From contig OX597816.1 of the NCBI GenBank assembly GCA_951406725.2, positions 118,234,001 to 118,298,000 of the forward strand: a stretch of DNA of 64,000 bases, given 5' to 3'. Shown piece after piece: positions 25,345 through 36,835 of this stretch (its first letter is position 1; every line of letters starts with the position of its first letter). Made by a program: the position numbers and the translations under genes. The notes under the pieces are model-generated. The model did no database searches and was not told the DNA's origin. It worked only from the letters and a program-made list of their open reading frames with translations. Source of the stretch: Octopus vulgaris. Its lineage: Eukaryota.

Positions 25345-25602
25345 TCTCATAGTTAACCGAATAACAGGGAGTTGAAATAGCCACTAGCTAGCAAGAAGTA
25401 TAATCATCAGCTGCTACAAAAGCAATAGAGATGCTTTGGAAAGTCACTGCAGAGGCATCAAACTAGCAGACCAAGTTATGAAAGTAACAGAAAGAGTAAT
25501 GACACAAAAGAGGATATGTTGGAGGAGATGCAGTTTAGATTTGTTCCCAGTTAGAGTACAACCAAAATTCTTTTCATAGTTAGACAAGAGGAGTTTTTTG
25601 CT
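25345..25602 (+). mobile_element. RTE-clade LINE reverse transcriptase fragment (pseudogenised)
   Basis: Translates IISCYKSNRDALESHCRGIKLADQVMKVTERVM and EMQFRFVPS*STTKILFIVRQ, matching the RT motifs YKGKGD..NYRGIKL and QFGF.PGRST.DAIF.VRQ. Confidence 0.85.
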
Positions 25603-26687
25603 ATCACATTGTTTTGGCTCTGTTTTTCCACCTACTTTCTAAAGCCATATTAAGAATATAGTGACAGATAAATAAACAAGTACATAAGTGCATACAGCAC
25701 CATGAAGTGAAAGGGTATTTATAGTAGCTTCATATGTCCTGGATAGGACTTTAAACAGAATCCAGTGGTGGGGCCCTGATTCAAGGGTTCCAGGATTTTG
25801 AGGAGTGTGAGACCAGCTCTTAACCATTACTGTTCTCAGGTCTACTTTGACCTGGAGTTGTAGTACCTGTCAGAGTCCCAGCTATGGGTTACTTAGCATA
25901 TTATGGAAGCAACTTCAAACCCAGACCTTCATTGTCTTGTGAGTGCCATGGGAAAGGAAAAGGCTGAGGGAGTCAACCACAGCAAATCAAGGAGTGGAGT
26001 CCCACAGGTGGTCTGGTATCACCTGTGGTACCAGAATCCTGAAAAGCAATTTATGTGGGAGAGGGCCACTCTGATGTATAAAACCTCCAGTTTGCTGGTC
26101 ACTGCAGCTGTCTTGGGCTGTTGAGCCACTGAAGAACTGCCATCAACACACTGAGAAGATACCAACAAGATAAGTATCTATCAGGGATGATACCTTGCTA
26201 AAGACTAAAATGTATCTTAACTAATAATACATATCCTACAACAAAACCAAAAGCAAGCACCAGGAGTAGGCCCACTCAATACATTAATCCAAAATGCAAT
26301 TCTTATATTCTCTGGACAACAAAATCCTTCAACCAGTTGTTACTGTTGTCATTGCTGTTAAAAACATTTGTTATTTTTCAATCCAATGCAATTTCATCTT
26401 CCATTTGGTAGACAAATTGGAAATTTGATAATACCATTTATTAAGATCTTTCTAAATCAATACTTTAGAAATTCTCTTTTATCTAAAACCATTACATATA
26501 AATATATAATCTTAATCGCTATTATCAGCCATTTTACATTTGAATGGGAATACTTGATAATCTTCCCATTATTCATAGAACTATATATAGGTCAACTTCT
26601 CATGTCTACATTTATAAGATGCATTTCAGTTATTAGATGGATTTGACAGTATTAGTTTACACACGCGTGCGTGTGTGAGAGAGAGAT

Positions 26688-26880
26688 TGCTAGCCACTAA
26701 ATCATTTTCTATTTTCTCTCCCCGTTTCTTTCTGTGTTCCTTTCTGTTGGAGAATGTAGTCTCGAAAGTAAAAGACTTTCTCACTTACTGAGCGTTAAAC
26801 TAATACATCTGTTTGTTGTTTACACACCTGTCTCCGTCTTTTTTTTTTTTTTGATTTTTTTTAAAATTCTTACTATATAT
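26688..26880 (+). mobile_element. Probable Penelope-like terminal fragment
   Basis: CTGTTGGAGAATGTAGTCTCGAAAGT resembles a decayed TGAAGA-stem-CGAAAC motif; ends in a TA run. Family assignment is from recall only. Confidence 0.4.
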
Positions 26881-26931
26881 ATAAGCACAAACACAGGCAA
26901 CATAAGAATTTATAAACTTCTGGAGAAAATA

Positions 26932-27152
26932 CGAAACAATTCTTTTTTAGGAATGGTGAAACATGAAGCAGATGAAGCTGTAAATAATAGAGTGTAAATA
27001 TTAGGTTTTAAAAAAATCCCTCTGGGTAGAAAAGGTCAAAGACTCCCTTCAACTTTTTCTGTCCAAAGAATTTTTTTAATCCAAATTTACATCCTATAAT
27101 TCATAGATTCATCTACTTCAAGTTTCACAGTTCCAAAAAAGAAATATGTACG
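26932..27152. repeat. Old foldback inverted repeat, arms of about 105 bp
   Basis: TTCTTTTTTAGGAATGGTGAAACATGAAGCAGATGAAG... versus reverse complement TTCTTTTTTGGAACTGTGAAACTTGAAGTAGATGAAT...; very short loop near 27044. Confidence 0.8.
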
Positions 27153-27334
27153 CACATACATATGTAAATACGTACATATGTGTGCATGAGAAAGATTACA
27201 ATTGGTTTGCTTTGTGCACTTCTCTGGAGTCAGGTATTGCAACATTTCATGCATTAAATGCTGCTGATAGTTAAGAACCCACACACCAAAACAATTCAGT
27301 TTACTTTTACTTATAGAACATCAGACTAGCTTAC

Positions 27335-27389
27335 CTTGGAAATTTGAGCACATCTACACAACGTAACCACATCGAGAAAGGAAAATATT
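27335..27389 (-). CDS. FBXL20: FBXL2/FBXL20-like exon (F-box), 55 nt
   Basis: (R)IFSFLDVVTLCRCAQISK. Acceptor ttccAG after poly-T, donor GTaag; phase 2 to 0, in frame with neighbours. Confidence 0.97.
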
Positions 27390-27517
27390 CTGGAAGAAAT
27401 AAAAAAAAAAAAAAATTACATTTAAGGATAGAAAATGTAAATATATATGTAAATTTTACTCTTTTTTATTTTTTATACACCCAACCACGTGCTTTCACAC
27501 ACCAACTCTCTCACCTA

Positions 27518-27561
27518 TGCTAGCATGGAGAACCGACGTTAAACGATGATGATGATGATGA

Positions 27562-27597
<36 letters not shown>

Positions 27598-27630
27598 TCA
27601 TCATCGTTTAACGTCCGTTCTCCATGCTAG

Positions 27631-27632
<2 letters not shown>
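27518..27632. repeat. Near-perfect palindrome of two RTE-type SINE tails around (TA)n
   Basis: TGCTAGCATGGAGAACCGACGTTAAAC(GAT)7-(TA)n-(ATC)4GTTTAACGTCCGTTCTCCATGCTAGCA; one mismatch in the 27-bp unique arms. Confidence 0.95.
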
Positions 27633-27691
<59 letters not shown>

Positions 27692-27884
27692 CATATATAT
27701 ATATGTACCTCATGAAACACGTGTTGCCAAGTAGGTATTTAAAATAAAAATTAAAATTCTTTTTACTTGGTGAGATGTAGGGGTCTACTATCTCTAAATA
27801 AAAATATATTTCTTCATTGAGAATAATTTGTACCTCTGTTATGCCGGAATTTTTATTCCCTAAAAAATAATATTCATATTCATA

Positions 27885-27929
<45 letters not shown>

Positions 27930-28881
27930 ACAGAGAGAGAGAGAGTGTGACACACACACAAAGTCATTATATTTCTTCTGGATTATCTACTACTACTATT
28001 ACTACCATTGCTGCAACAGTTTACCTTCCATTGTTTTCTATTTTCTATACATAAGGGCTGGATACCATTATTAAGATGGCAGGAAGCTTATAGAGGAAGA
28101 TGTGAATACCACTTTTGTGAGAAGAACTGAGAAAATGGAAATTGTACAGTGCATGTGTGCATGTGTAAGGAAAAGCATGTACATGAGGATGAGCAAGATA
28201 GTGTTTATATTTATAGTGGTCTAAAAACCAATGCTGTTTACGTTGTGTGTAGTAAGCTAACAGTTATAACAAAGGGAGGTGGTAATAAGTACTGGGGTTG
28301 TTAAATATCTAAAAACAAGTCTCTAATTCAATGACTGAAAGCAGTAAAAAAAATTTTTTTTAAATATTGTGTGTGTGTGTTTTAGTGTCTTTTTGTCTTG
28401 GCATTGCATAACAGTTGGAAACGAGTGCCACTGTCGTACAAGTGGTGTCCTTTGTTTCCAGTCTTCTGTTGGAAACATGTCTGGTCAAGGAGAAATAATA
28501 CATTACTTGGAAACAGTTATGGGTTGGTAACAGGAAGGACATTTAGCTGTACAGGGTCTCAGTGGGTATCATTTGGGCATGGGCAAGAAGAAAGAAAGGA
28601 AAGAAGGAGAAGAAAAAGAAAGAACGAAAGGAAAAAGAGAAAGGAAGAAAAAAGAAAGAAAAGGAAGAAAGTGAGAGAAGGAGTGAGGAGGAAAGAAAAA
28701 AAAAGAGCTGGATCAAATAAGACAAGGTAGAATAAAGTGTTCAGCTCATTAATACCTACAGCAGTAGAATTTGTGATCCACAAGCAAGAAATCCATTAGC
28801 TTATCTCCTATGACCTTCCAGCTTTGGCAACACCAACTGTTTGTATACTTAGGACTATATTGTCTAAAGTTGTCTTCTTCT

Positions 28882-29094
28882 TTAACCCTTTCATTACCGT
28901 ATTTATTTTGAGATGCTGTGTTTCTTTCAATTAATTTAAAATATAACAAAGCATTTAGTAAAATAACTTAGTTATCATTAAGCTAGTGTTAGGAATATAA
29001 ATTATTACTAAGGTTTGGTAAAACTTACGATAACAAGACATTTGTACTACAAAGCCAGAGGAGGTTTCAGCTTGGTTGGTATCGAAAGAGTTAA
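28882..29094 (-). mobile_element. piggyBac-like MITE (family E)
   Basis: TTAACCCTTTCATTACC ... GGTATCGAAAGAGTTAA; interior homologous to the reverse complement of 1964-2188. Confidence 0.7.
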
Positions 29095-29392
29095 GATGGT
29101 GATTTTTTGGCAGATTTGCTTACTGCTAGTAGGTGAAGTGACCAATGTTCTTTGTTGGCTTCTAAATACCAATGGGTGATTAATTTCACTGACATCAGTG
29201 GGGTGGCAGTTGTGATATTCATACCTTTCTCAATGGCATTATAACATCTTAAAGTCATGGCCAGGAATTTAATCATTATCATCAAAGACTTTCAAGAAGA
29301 GCTGACTACCTTTGCTTTGGAATCCAGTGTTTTGTTGTTGTTGTTTTTTTTGTTCTCCACCCCCACACCAGGTTTTAAGTGAATTAACAAAT

Positions 29393-29591
29393 TTAACATT
29401 TTAGCATTTAAACAGACCATATCCAGTCCAAATATTCTACCTATTTTCACACCTATCCTACAATGTCATTCTAAATATTAACAATCTTAGCAAAATTTTT
29501 AAGTTACATGATAATGCATGATTGAAAAAATAAACAATGTGAATAAATGAGCATCACATTTGACAGAGCAAACTGAATGCTAAAGGGTTAA
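29393..29591 (+). mobile_element. piggyBac-like MITE (family D)
   Basis: TTAACATTTTAGCATTTAAAC ... CTGAATGCTAAAGGGTTAA. Confidence 0.8.
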
Positions 29592-30314
29592 ATGGACATT
29601 TTAGACAGAAGATGATACTGAAGGTTCGGTATTTAAGGTGAAAGGTTGGGAGCAAGACAGGGTGGTGGATTTGTGATACTGGAAGGGAAACGGTATAAAG
29701 ATGTAGTGAGAAGAATTAAAGTTAGTATAAGCATTATACTTATTAATAAAGAAGACAAAGTTCCTAAAGGCTTATTAGGGCTAACACTATAGAACAAGCT
29801 TTCTATAGTAGTTTGAATGAGTCAGATTTATACTGTGGCTTCAATTTCCATTTGAAATCCCTTCATTATCTTATTTCTCTCTCTCTCTCTTATAAGATAT
29901 ATATCTTGTGTTTTCTATACTAACCAACAGTAACCAACATTTAGTTGGCTACATATATTTTATAACCATAAATTTGGTTTTGGTAGCTTGGGACAAAAGA
30001 GAAGAGAAAATCATAATTTCAAGAATTGACAACTTATATAAAATATTGCAGAGGAAAAATTTCATATTAGCACTGGGCACAAGAGCAGAAGCAATGAGCT
30101 ACATCTGTAAATTTTTTTTTAATTCTTATTTTCTATTTAAATATTTAGAAAAAACTTTAAATATAATACTATGATAAACTGACTTTTTTACTCCAATCAA
30201 AACAACCACCTATGCTTATAGTATTCCCTTAGAGTAGGGTACTGCTGTTGTATGTAGTCACCTGTGTCTAACGAGTAACCAGAACTAAATTGTTCCAGCC
30301 TGACATTACATGTA

Positions 30315-30567
30315 TCATTATCATCATTTTAATGTCCTCTTTTCCATGCTAGCATCGGTCAAATGGAACTTTGTGGAGTTTATATAGTAACTTTTCTTTG
30401 GCCAGGAACTCTTCCTGTCACCAACACACTGGTTTCCAAGTGAGGTAATTTTTCCTCATGACCAGTCATGTTTTCACAGAATACCGGAAACAAAGGACAC
30501 TCCTTGCATGACAGTGACACTCACAACTACCACACATAAAGTTAAGGCAAGGGAACAGTCACTCACA

Positions 30568-30605
<38 letters not shown>

Positions 30606-30746
30606 GAGGCTTCTTTCAGATTTTGTCTACCAAGTCTGTTCTCAAGGCTTTGGTCAGTTTGAGGCTATAATAGAAGACATATGCTCAAGGTACTGAAACC
30701 GTGGGATTGGGAAGCAAATTTCTTACCACTCAGCCACACCTATGCC
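30315..30746 (-). mobile_element. A/RTE-tail SINE
   Basis: Same layout as 7337-7745, with an internal (CA)n tract. Confidence 0.8.
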
Positions 30747-31499
30747 TATCACCACAATAAGACAGTGAAAACTGTTAGTAAAAGAAAAGGGGTGACAGAA
30801 AAAAGTTTGAGAAGTATTGTTGTAGTACTCCAGGTAGATATCAGTAGCCTTAGCTCTGAGAGAGGGGAAATGCAAGCACAGATTTCATGTATTATTTAAT
30901 GTGCCTTGGCATCTGAGTGCTTGTTACATAAGAAAAAAACTGTTGATGCAAACAAAGAGCAAGGAGGTGACCTTAGACTGGACTGTATGCATGGAAACTA
31001 ATATAGAGAAGGATGTGGAGCAGGGAGTAAAAAAGACAGGAGAGAAAGAACTAATGAAAATATGTGAAACAAAATGAGGTGGGGGAGTCTCTTTGCTCTG
31101 CTTTCATTTCTCAAATTTTCCATTCAGATTAAAAGAAAAATCTTTTCTGTTAATTTCTTCAGCTGACATTAACTACGAAACAATAGAGTCTTACTGAGAA
31201 TGATCAAGCAAAGCTTTATAGATGCAATAATTAACATTAATTAAGAAAGACAGTAAGGTTTAGGGTAATTAAATAAGAACAATTGGCCTTCATTTAGTTG
31301 AAGACACATTTATTATATGGCACCAGGATTGAATGAAGTCTAATGGCCCTATTTCAATCAACTCTGCACAAGGCAACTAGAACTGTGAGAGATGAACACA
31401 TACAAAAGAAATGTAATCATCAACATTTAAACATAGAATCTATGACATAATATCTGAAACATGCTAGACGAAAAACAACCTGGAGGACAGTTCTCTGCT

Positions 31500-31843
31500 A
31501 GTCATGGGTATGTGACAATATATGATAATAAGTTTGCTTCCAAAACGTGCAGTTCCAAGTTCAGATCCACTCTATGGCAGCTTTGGCAAGTGTTTTCTTC
31601 TACAGCATTGGGCCAACCAAAGTCTTGTGAGTGGATTCGGTAGACAGAAACTGAAAGAAGTCCATTGTGTGCGTGAGTGTATGCATGTGTGTGTATACAC
31701 AAGTGACTTTGTCCCCCACCATTGCATAACAACTGGTGTTGGTTTCTTTATGTATGCTTGATTTACTGGTTTGGTAAAAAGAGATTGATATAAGTACTAG
31801 GCTTAGAAACTATAAGTACTGGGGTTGATTTGTTTGATTAAAG
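31500..31843 (+). mobile_element. Family A SINE, 3' truncated at a (TA)n tract
   Basis: GGCAAGTGTTTTCTTCTACAGC...GTGAGTGGATTCGGTAGACAGAAACTGAAAGAAG...TAAGTACTAGGCTTA. Confidence 0.8.
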
Positions 31844-31845
31844 AT

Positions 31846-31877
<32 letters not shown>

Positions 31878-32169
31878 AGGTTTGAAAACGCCACTATATA
31901 AGATAAATTTTAATTTTCTTAGAGATTTTACATGTTTCAGTTCTTCTTGAAAAAAAACGAACCTTATCAAAATTATTTTTAAAAGTTAAGTATAATAAAA
32001 AAAAGTTCATAATTGTTTCTTACTAGTCTCAACAGAGTTCACGTGGTGGTGTTTTGTGTGTGTGTGGAGGGAGCATAATGGCTGTCTTGTGCGTTGACTT
32101 GATTCGTTAGCTACACTTAACTTTTCTTTTTTATAAATATATACCCACTCGTGTGCCACCTACACTTAT

Positions 32170-32210
<41 letters not shown>

Positions 32211-32293
32211 TCCCTCTGGAGAGATTACATACAGAAATATGAATTAAATATTCAGTTAATTTCACTGTGTATAATTGAAACAGCTGTAAGGGA
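32211..32293 (+). ncRNA. Type I hammerhead ribozyme motif with one core substitution
   Basis: Stem I TCCCT with AGGGA. Core CTGGAGA (consensus CUGANGA). 12-bp stem II GATTACATACAG with CTGTGTATAATT (one mismatch, two G-U). GAAAC-AGCT-GTA. Lies between two (TA)n tracts. Confidence 0.7.
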
Positions 32294-32490
32294 TAAGGAT
32301 CGATTTGTTGCTGATAATAAACTCCTCCAAAATCTCCAATTTCTTCTTATTTCTTTACATGAATTAAACTACAGTTTATATACAAACCTATTATCTTAAG
32401 GAAATCAATTTCCCCCAAAATATTAGGTATTGAGCCAGTATCACCTTGGATGACACCATCCCTTCATGAGGCTATCATAAGCTCTATCTG

Positions 32491-32526
<36 letters not shown>

Positions 32527-35500
32527 TTTTACTTTTTTATCATTTTGACTGTGTCCATGCTGGAGCACCAACTTTTAGTCAAAGAAATCAATGCCAGTCA
32601 TCAAATTTGATTTCGATTTCACTTGCCTCAACAGGTCTTCATTTCTCTTCAGCCTTCATATATCCTCCACATTCAGCACCAATATTTCACAAATATAGTT
32701 TCACACTTTAGAGAGAAACCCTTTGTTATCAACAGAAGTAAGATTCCTTGCTGATTTGGACACTTAAGTAACAGAAGCCAGCAACTACTTCTAATGGACC
32801 TTATTTTGAGCAAATAAGAATTTATTTCATGGCTACTATTACTGCTAGTTGTGTCCATACAACTATTATATATAAAATCCTTCACTTCTGTCCCCTTGTA
32901 ATAAACATCAATGAACTCTTTCATGAACCCATTGGTTAAACTGGATACACCCTAAAAAGTTGATTTCTGCTTTAAAATTGAGCATGGTCACCTCCTAGTA
33001 GTTATTAGTATTTTCTTTTCTTTTCTACAAGCTTAAACTGTTATCTCTATGCAGAAAATCAATATTACTCAGCAATCCATCTAGTTTCACCATAAAGATT
33101 GGTAATCCTTTTGAGAAACCTGGGAGTAGGAAGTTGGATAATGTCTCAATGTAAAGACAACTTTAACAGACTGTTACTTTATTTTGGCTGTTTTTGTTTT
33201 TACTCTCACCTAGATCAATACAAAATGTATATTTTTTTTTAAATCATTCAAAAGAGAAGGCTGAATGTCAGTTTCAATGTATCAACTTTGAGAACACAAA
33301 CTAAGTTGACTACTAAATTATGGCTTGGTTCAACATTTGACTGAAGCTACTGAACAAAAAGGTTGACCAACAACATCCTACTAATTATAAAACAATTTTA
33401 ATGTCCTGTTATCCAATCTAGTGTGAGTCAGCATATGAAATTGCAGTAATTCTCAAATACTGAATAAAATATATATTTCACAAAAAAAAAAACAGAAACA
33501 TCAAAACTATAGAGAATAAAGAAGTTCCACTAAATGGTTTTGCTTAAATAGCTGCTTCCTCCTATCTTCTCCTGTGAGAAAAAAAAAACATACATACAAT
33601 CTCTTTACACTGTAGTTGTAGTATAAAGTCTAGTGAACAGTTAGATTGGTCTGAACAAAATAAGAGTAGTACCTATTAAATTGTATACAACACAATCTTC
33701 AAAGTAAGGTCTGGAAGTCTGATTCTTAAGTCAATGGGTGCTTACCAGTCGCATGCTCTTAATTATTCTGTTTGGTATATTATGGTGTTTGGACACCAGA
33801 AATAGTCATGATAAAAGAATGGTAGATGGGAAGCTTTTATGGTGATTAGTTAAGTATTTTTACTTTCATGAATTAGAAATCCTCCTGAAGTCTTTATTTA
33901 TTTTATTTTTTTGGATTTAACTTTTTCTTATAGAGGAAGGAAGATAGATTTTCAGAACACCAGGCACAATTTTCACAGTTTAGTTGTATCCCTTTATATT
34001 CTGGGTTCAAGTTCCACTAAGTTCTACTTTGCCACTCATCTTCGTAAGGATGATAAAATATGATCAATATGATCAACTATTCCCTCATCTAAATTCTGTA
34101 GCCATCTACCTCAGAGATCAATAATTAGTCAGAGGGAGAGAAGGAGAAGCACCCATGGTCTTTGTTGGTTCTTCCAGATTGATAAAATTAATAAAATTTT
34201 GTTGGCAATCAACACAACTGGCCATAACCTCTACTCTATAAGACTGATCATGTACAAAGGCACAAGACCATACATTTATAGAGCAGCAGAAATAGTTAAT
34301 CAAATTGACTTTAGAATATTATTAATATTTACTCAGATGGATCAAAAATAAAGTCAACCCTGCTATAATTTGAATTCAGTACATAAAGTGATGAAATTAA
34401 ATACTGTAAGACATACATACAGTTAAATATTCTATTTCACCTTCCACCCTGCTCCACTCCACTACTGTTTTTGACCTTTTCCTCAATCAAGTAGAATCAA
34501 TATTAAGAGAACTATAGTGCAGGATAAGATATAAGCAGCTGACCACACTGAGTTGTTGAGTTTTAGTCAACTTAGTTCCCCCACTAATGCTCTTCAGAAA
34601 ATGATGAAGGCCACATAACTCAATACCTTTTTCATCTAGCCTTGTGTAATAATGAGGGGGTGGCGGAAATCAATATTACATTATGATTTTGTATTGAGAT
34701 TTTTTTTTTTTTTTTTTTTGAAGCATCAATAGGAAATTTAAAAAATAGCAAATATGTATGCCTTTATGGGTAAAATGGTTATTCACATATGGACGTTTAT
34801 GGACAAATTAACAGTTAGAATTAGTTGAAATTGCTAGTGATGTAGTAATGAGAAAAGAACATAAGATACACAGGAAATAAACAAATGGTACACAGCATAA
34901 CTGGCTTATACTTTATCTATTGTCACCACTGAAGTAAGAAAAGAAAAATAAAGATATTAAACGAGCAACAGCTATCACTGTAAAGACATATCCTTTATTT
35001 AGTCACTGTTGATAAAATTAGATTAGCTATAAAAGCTGTATGCATACATTTTCATTTATGTAAAAAGCTCCAAATATGTTATTCCACAGTTATAAAATGA
35101 AACATATGCTGTTAAGTGAAATTTTTTCATTTTATTTTTTATTATCATAAAATACATTTGTCTAGTATAACTTAATGCAAGTTTATCTTCCATGTAACAT
35201 CTGATGCTGAGTATTAGATATTTCTATCACATTACAAGAGACTCCCTGGCTTCCAACAAAAGCAAATCTAGATAAACGAAAAACAAATTCCCTGACTATT
35301 GACAATTCAGAACAGCTTTGCTGTTGGAGTCCTTTGAGGGAAGTAGAATGAAGTTACACACAATTAAGTTCCACAAATATTGTAATCTGTTACACTTTAC
35401 ACCCATAAACAGGCACACAAGGAAAGAATAATAATAGGAGGCAGGTGTTGCTGTGTGGTTAAGAAGTTTGTTTCACAAACTCATTGCTTCAAGTTCACTC

Positions 35501-35544
35501 GTACAGAACTGTCACCACTATAGCTTTGGGTTAACTATTACACT

Positions 35545-35889
35545 ATGTGAGGGAGCATGACTCAGTGGTTAGAGCATCGGGCTGAAAATCATGTGGTAGT
35601 GAGTTTGATTCCCAGACCAGGTTATGTGTTGTGTTCTTGAGCAAGACACTTTATTTCACATTGCTCCAGTCCACTCAGCTGTAGAAATGAATTGCAGTAT
35701 CATTGGTGTCAAGCTGTATCAGCCTTTGCCTTTCCCTAAGACAAAATAGGTGGCATGGAGAGGGGAAGTTGGTAAGCATGGGCAACTGCTGGTCTTCCAT
35801 AAACAATGTTACCTAGACTTGTGCCTCGGAGGGGAACTTTCTAGGTGCAATCCCATGGTCATTCATGACTGAAGGGGGTCTTTATACTT
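35545..35889 (+). mobile_element. tRNA-derived CORE-like SINE (family F) with 14-bp target site duplication
   Basis: A-box-like TGACTCAGTGG and B-box-like GAGTTTGATTCCC; flanked by TTAACTATTACACT at 35531-35544 and 35890-35903; inserted in an older family A copy. Confidence 0.85.
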
Positions 35890-36377
35890 TTAACTATTAC
35901 ACTGTGGAAGAAATTTAGTACACAAAAACTGGTGGCCCATTGAACAAAAGTATGTGTTTATATCAGTATAGTGAAAGAATTGGTACATTTGGACAAAAAT
36001 GTTCTGTAGTATTTAAGTTAACAGAATTTCCTCCTTTAATACCAATGCCTATTTTGCATTTATTATCTTACAACAATGTAAGAAGCACCAGACAATAAGA
36101 ACTCTTTCCAGCAAGAAAAGATACATTTTCCAGGCTGATGTTTTAACTAACAATGAAATAATATTTATGCACATTATCAACCTCTAAAGCCATACTATGA
36201 AAACAAAATGATATGGAAAGAAAAAAAGACTTATAACAATAGCCCACACATAATCACATATGACAGTATATTTCAGGTTTCTAATCTAGACAGAGGAACA
36301 TGACATATGGAACAGAAGCTTTAGGGTTCTGTTGCTGCATAGTTATTCTGATATTACTCAATAACAACATGACTCTA

Positions 36378-36757
36378 GGTGCAGGCAGGATTGTGTGGTA
36401 GAGACGTTTGCTTCCCAATGAAGTGGTTCTGGGTTCAGTTCCACTGTGTGGTACTTCACATCAATGTCATCTACTATAGCCTTAGGATGACCAAAGTCTC
36501 ATGGGTGGATTTGGTAAGCATAAACTGAAAGACGCTAGTTGTGTGTGTGTGTGTGTGTGTGTGTGAATGAGAGAAAGAGTTTGTGTTCCTTTGCTGCAAC
36601 AGAGCATTAGTGGTAAATGAGTGTTACTTCCACATGCCTGGCCATAGGGTAATATTTCCTTACTTGGAAACAGGTGAGGGTTGATGACAGGGAAAGCATC
36701 CTGCCATAGAAAATCTGTTTTGCCATATTTCAATTGACCCATGCAAGCATGGGAAAG
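36378..36757 (+). mobile_element. A/RTE-tail SINE, near full length
   Basis: GGTGCAGGCAGGATTGTGTGGTA...GGGTTCAGTTCCACTG...(GT)n...CTTGGAAACAGGTGAGGGTTG...CCCATGCAAGCATGG. Confidence 0.85.
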
Positions 36758-36835
36758 TAACAATGATCTTGGCAACTATTAACAACACAAGCATTCAAAT
36801 CAGAAGAAAAGGAAATTATTACTCCATTGACTCAC

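Noticed and set aside
25640-26130. GC-richer segment resembling a retroelement 5' region
   Set aside because: No second copy in the window and no coding motif, so it cannot be classified from sequence alone.
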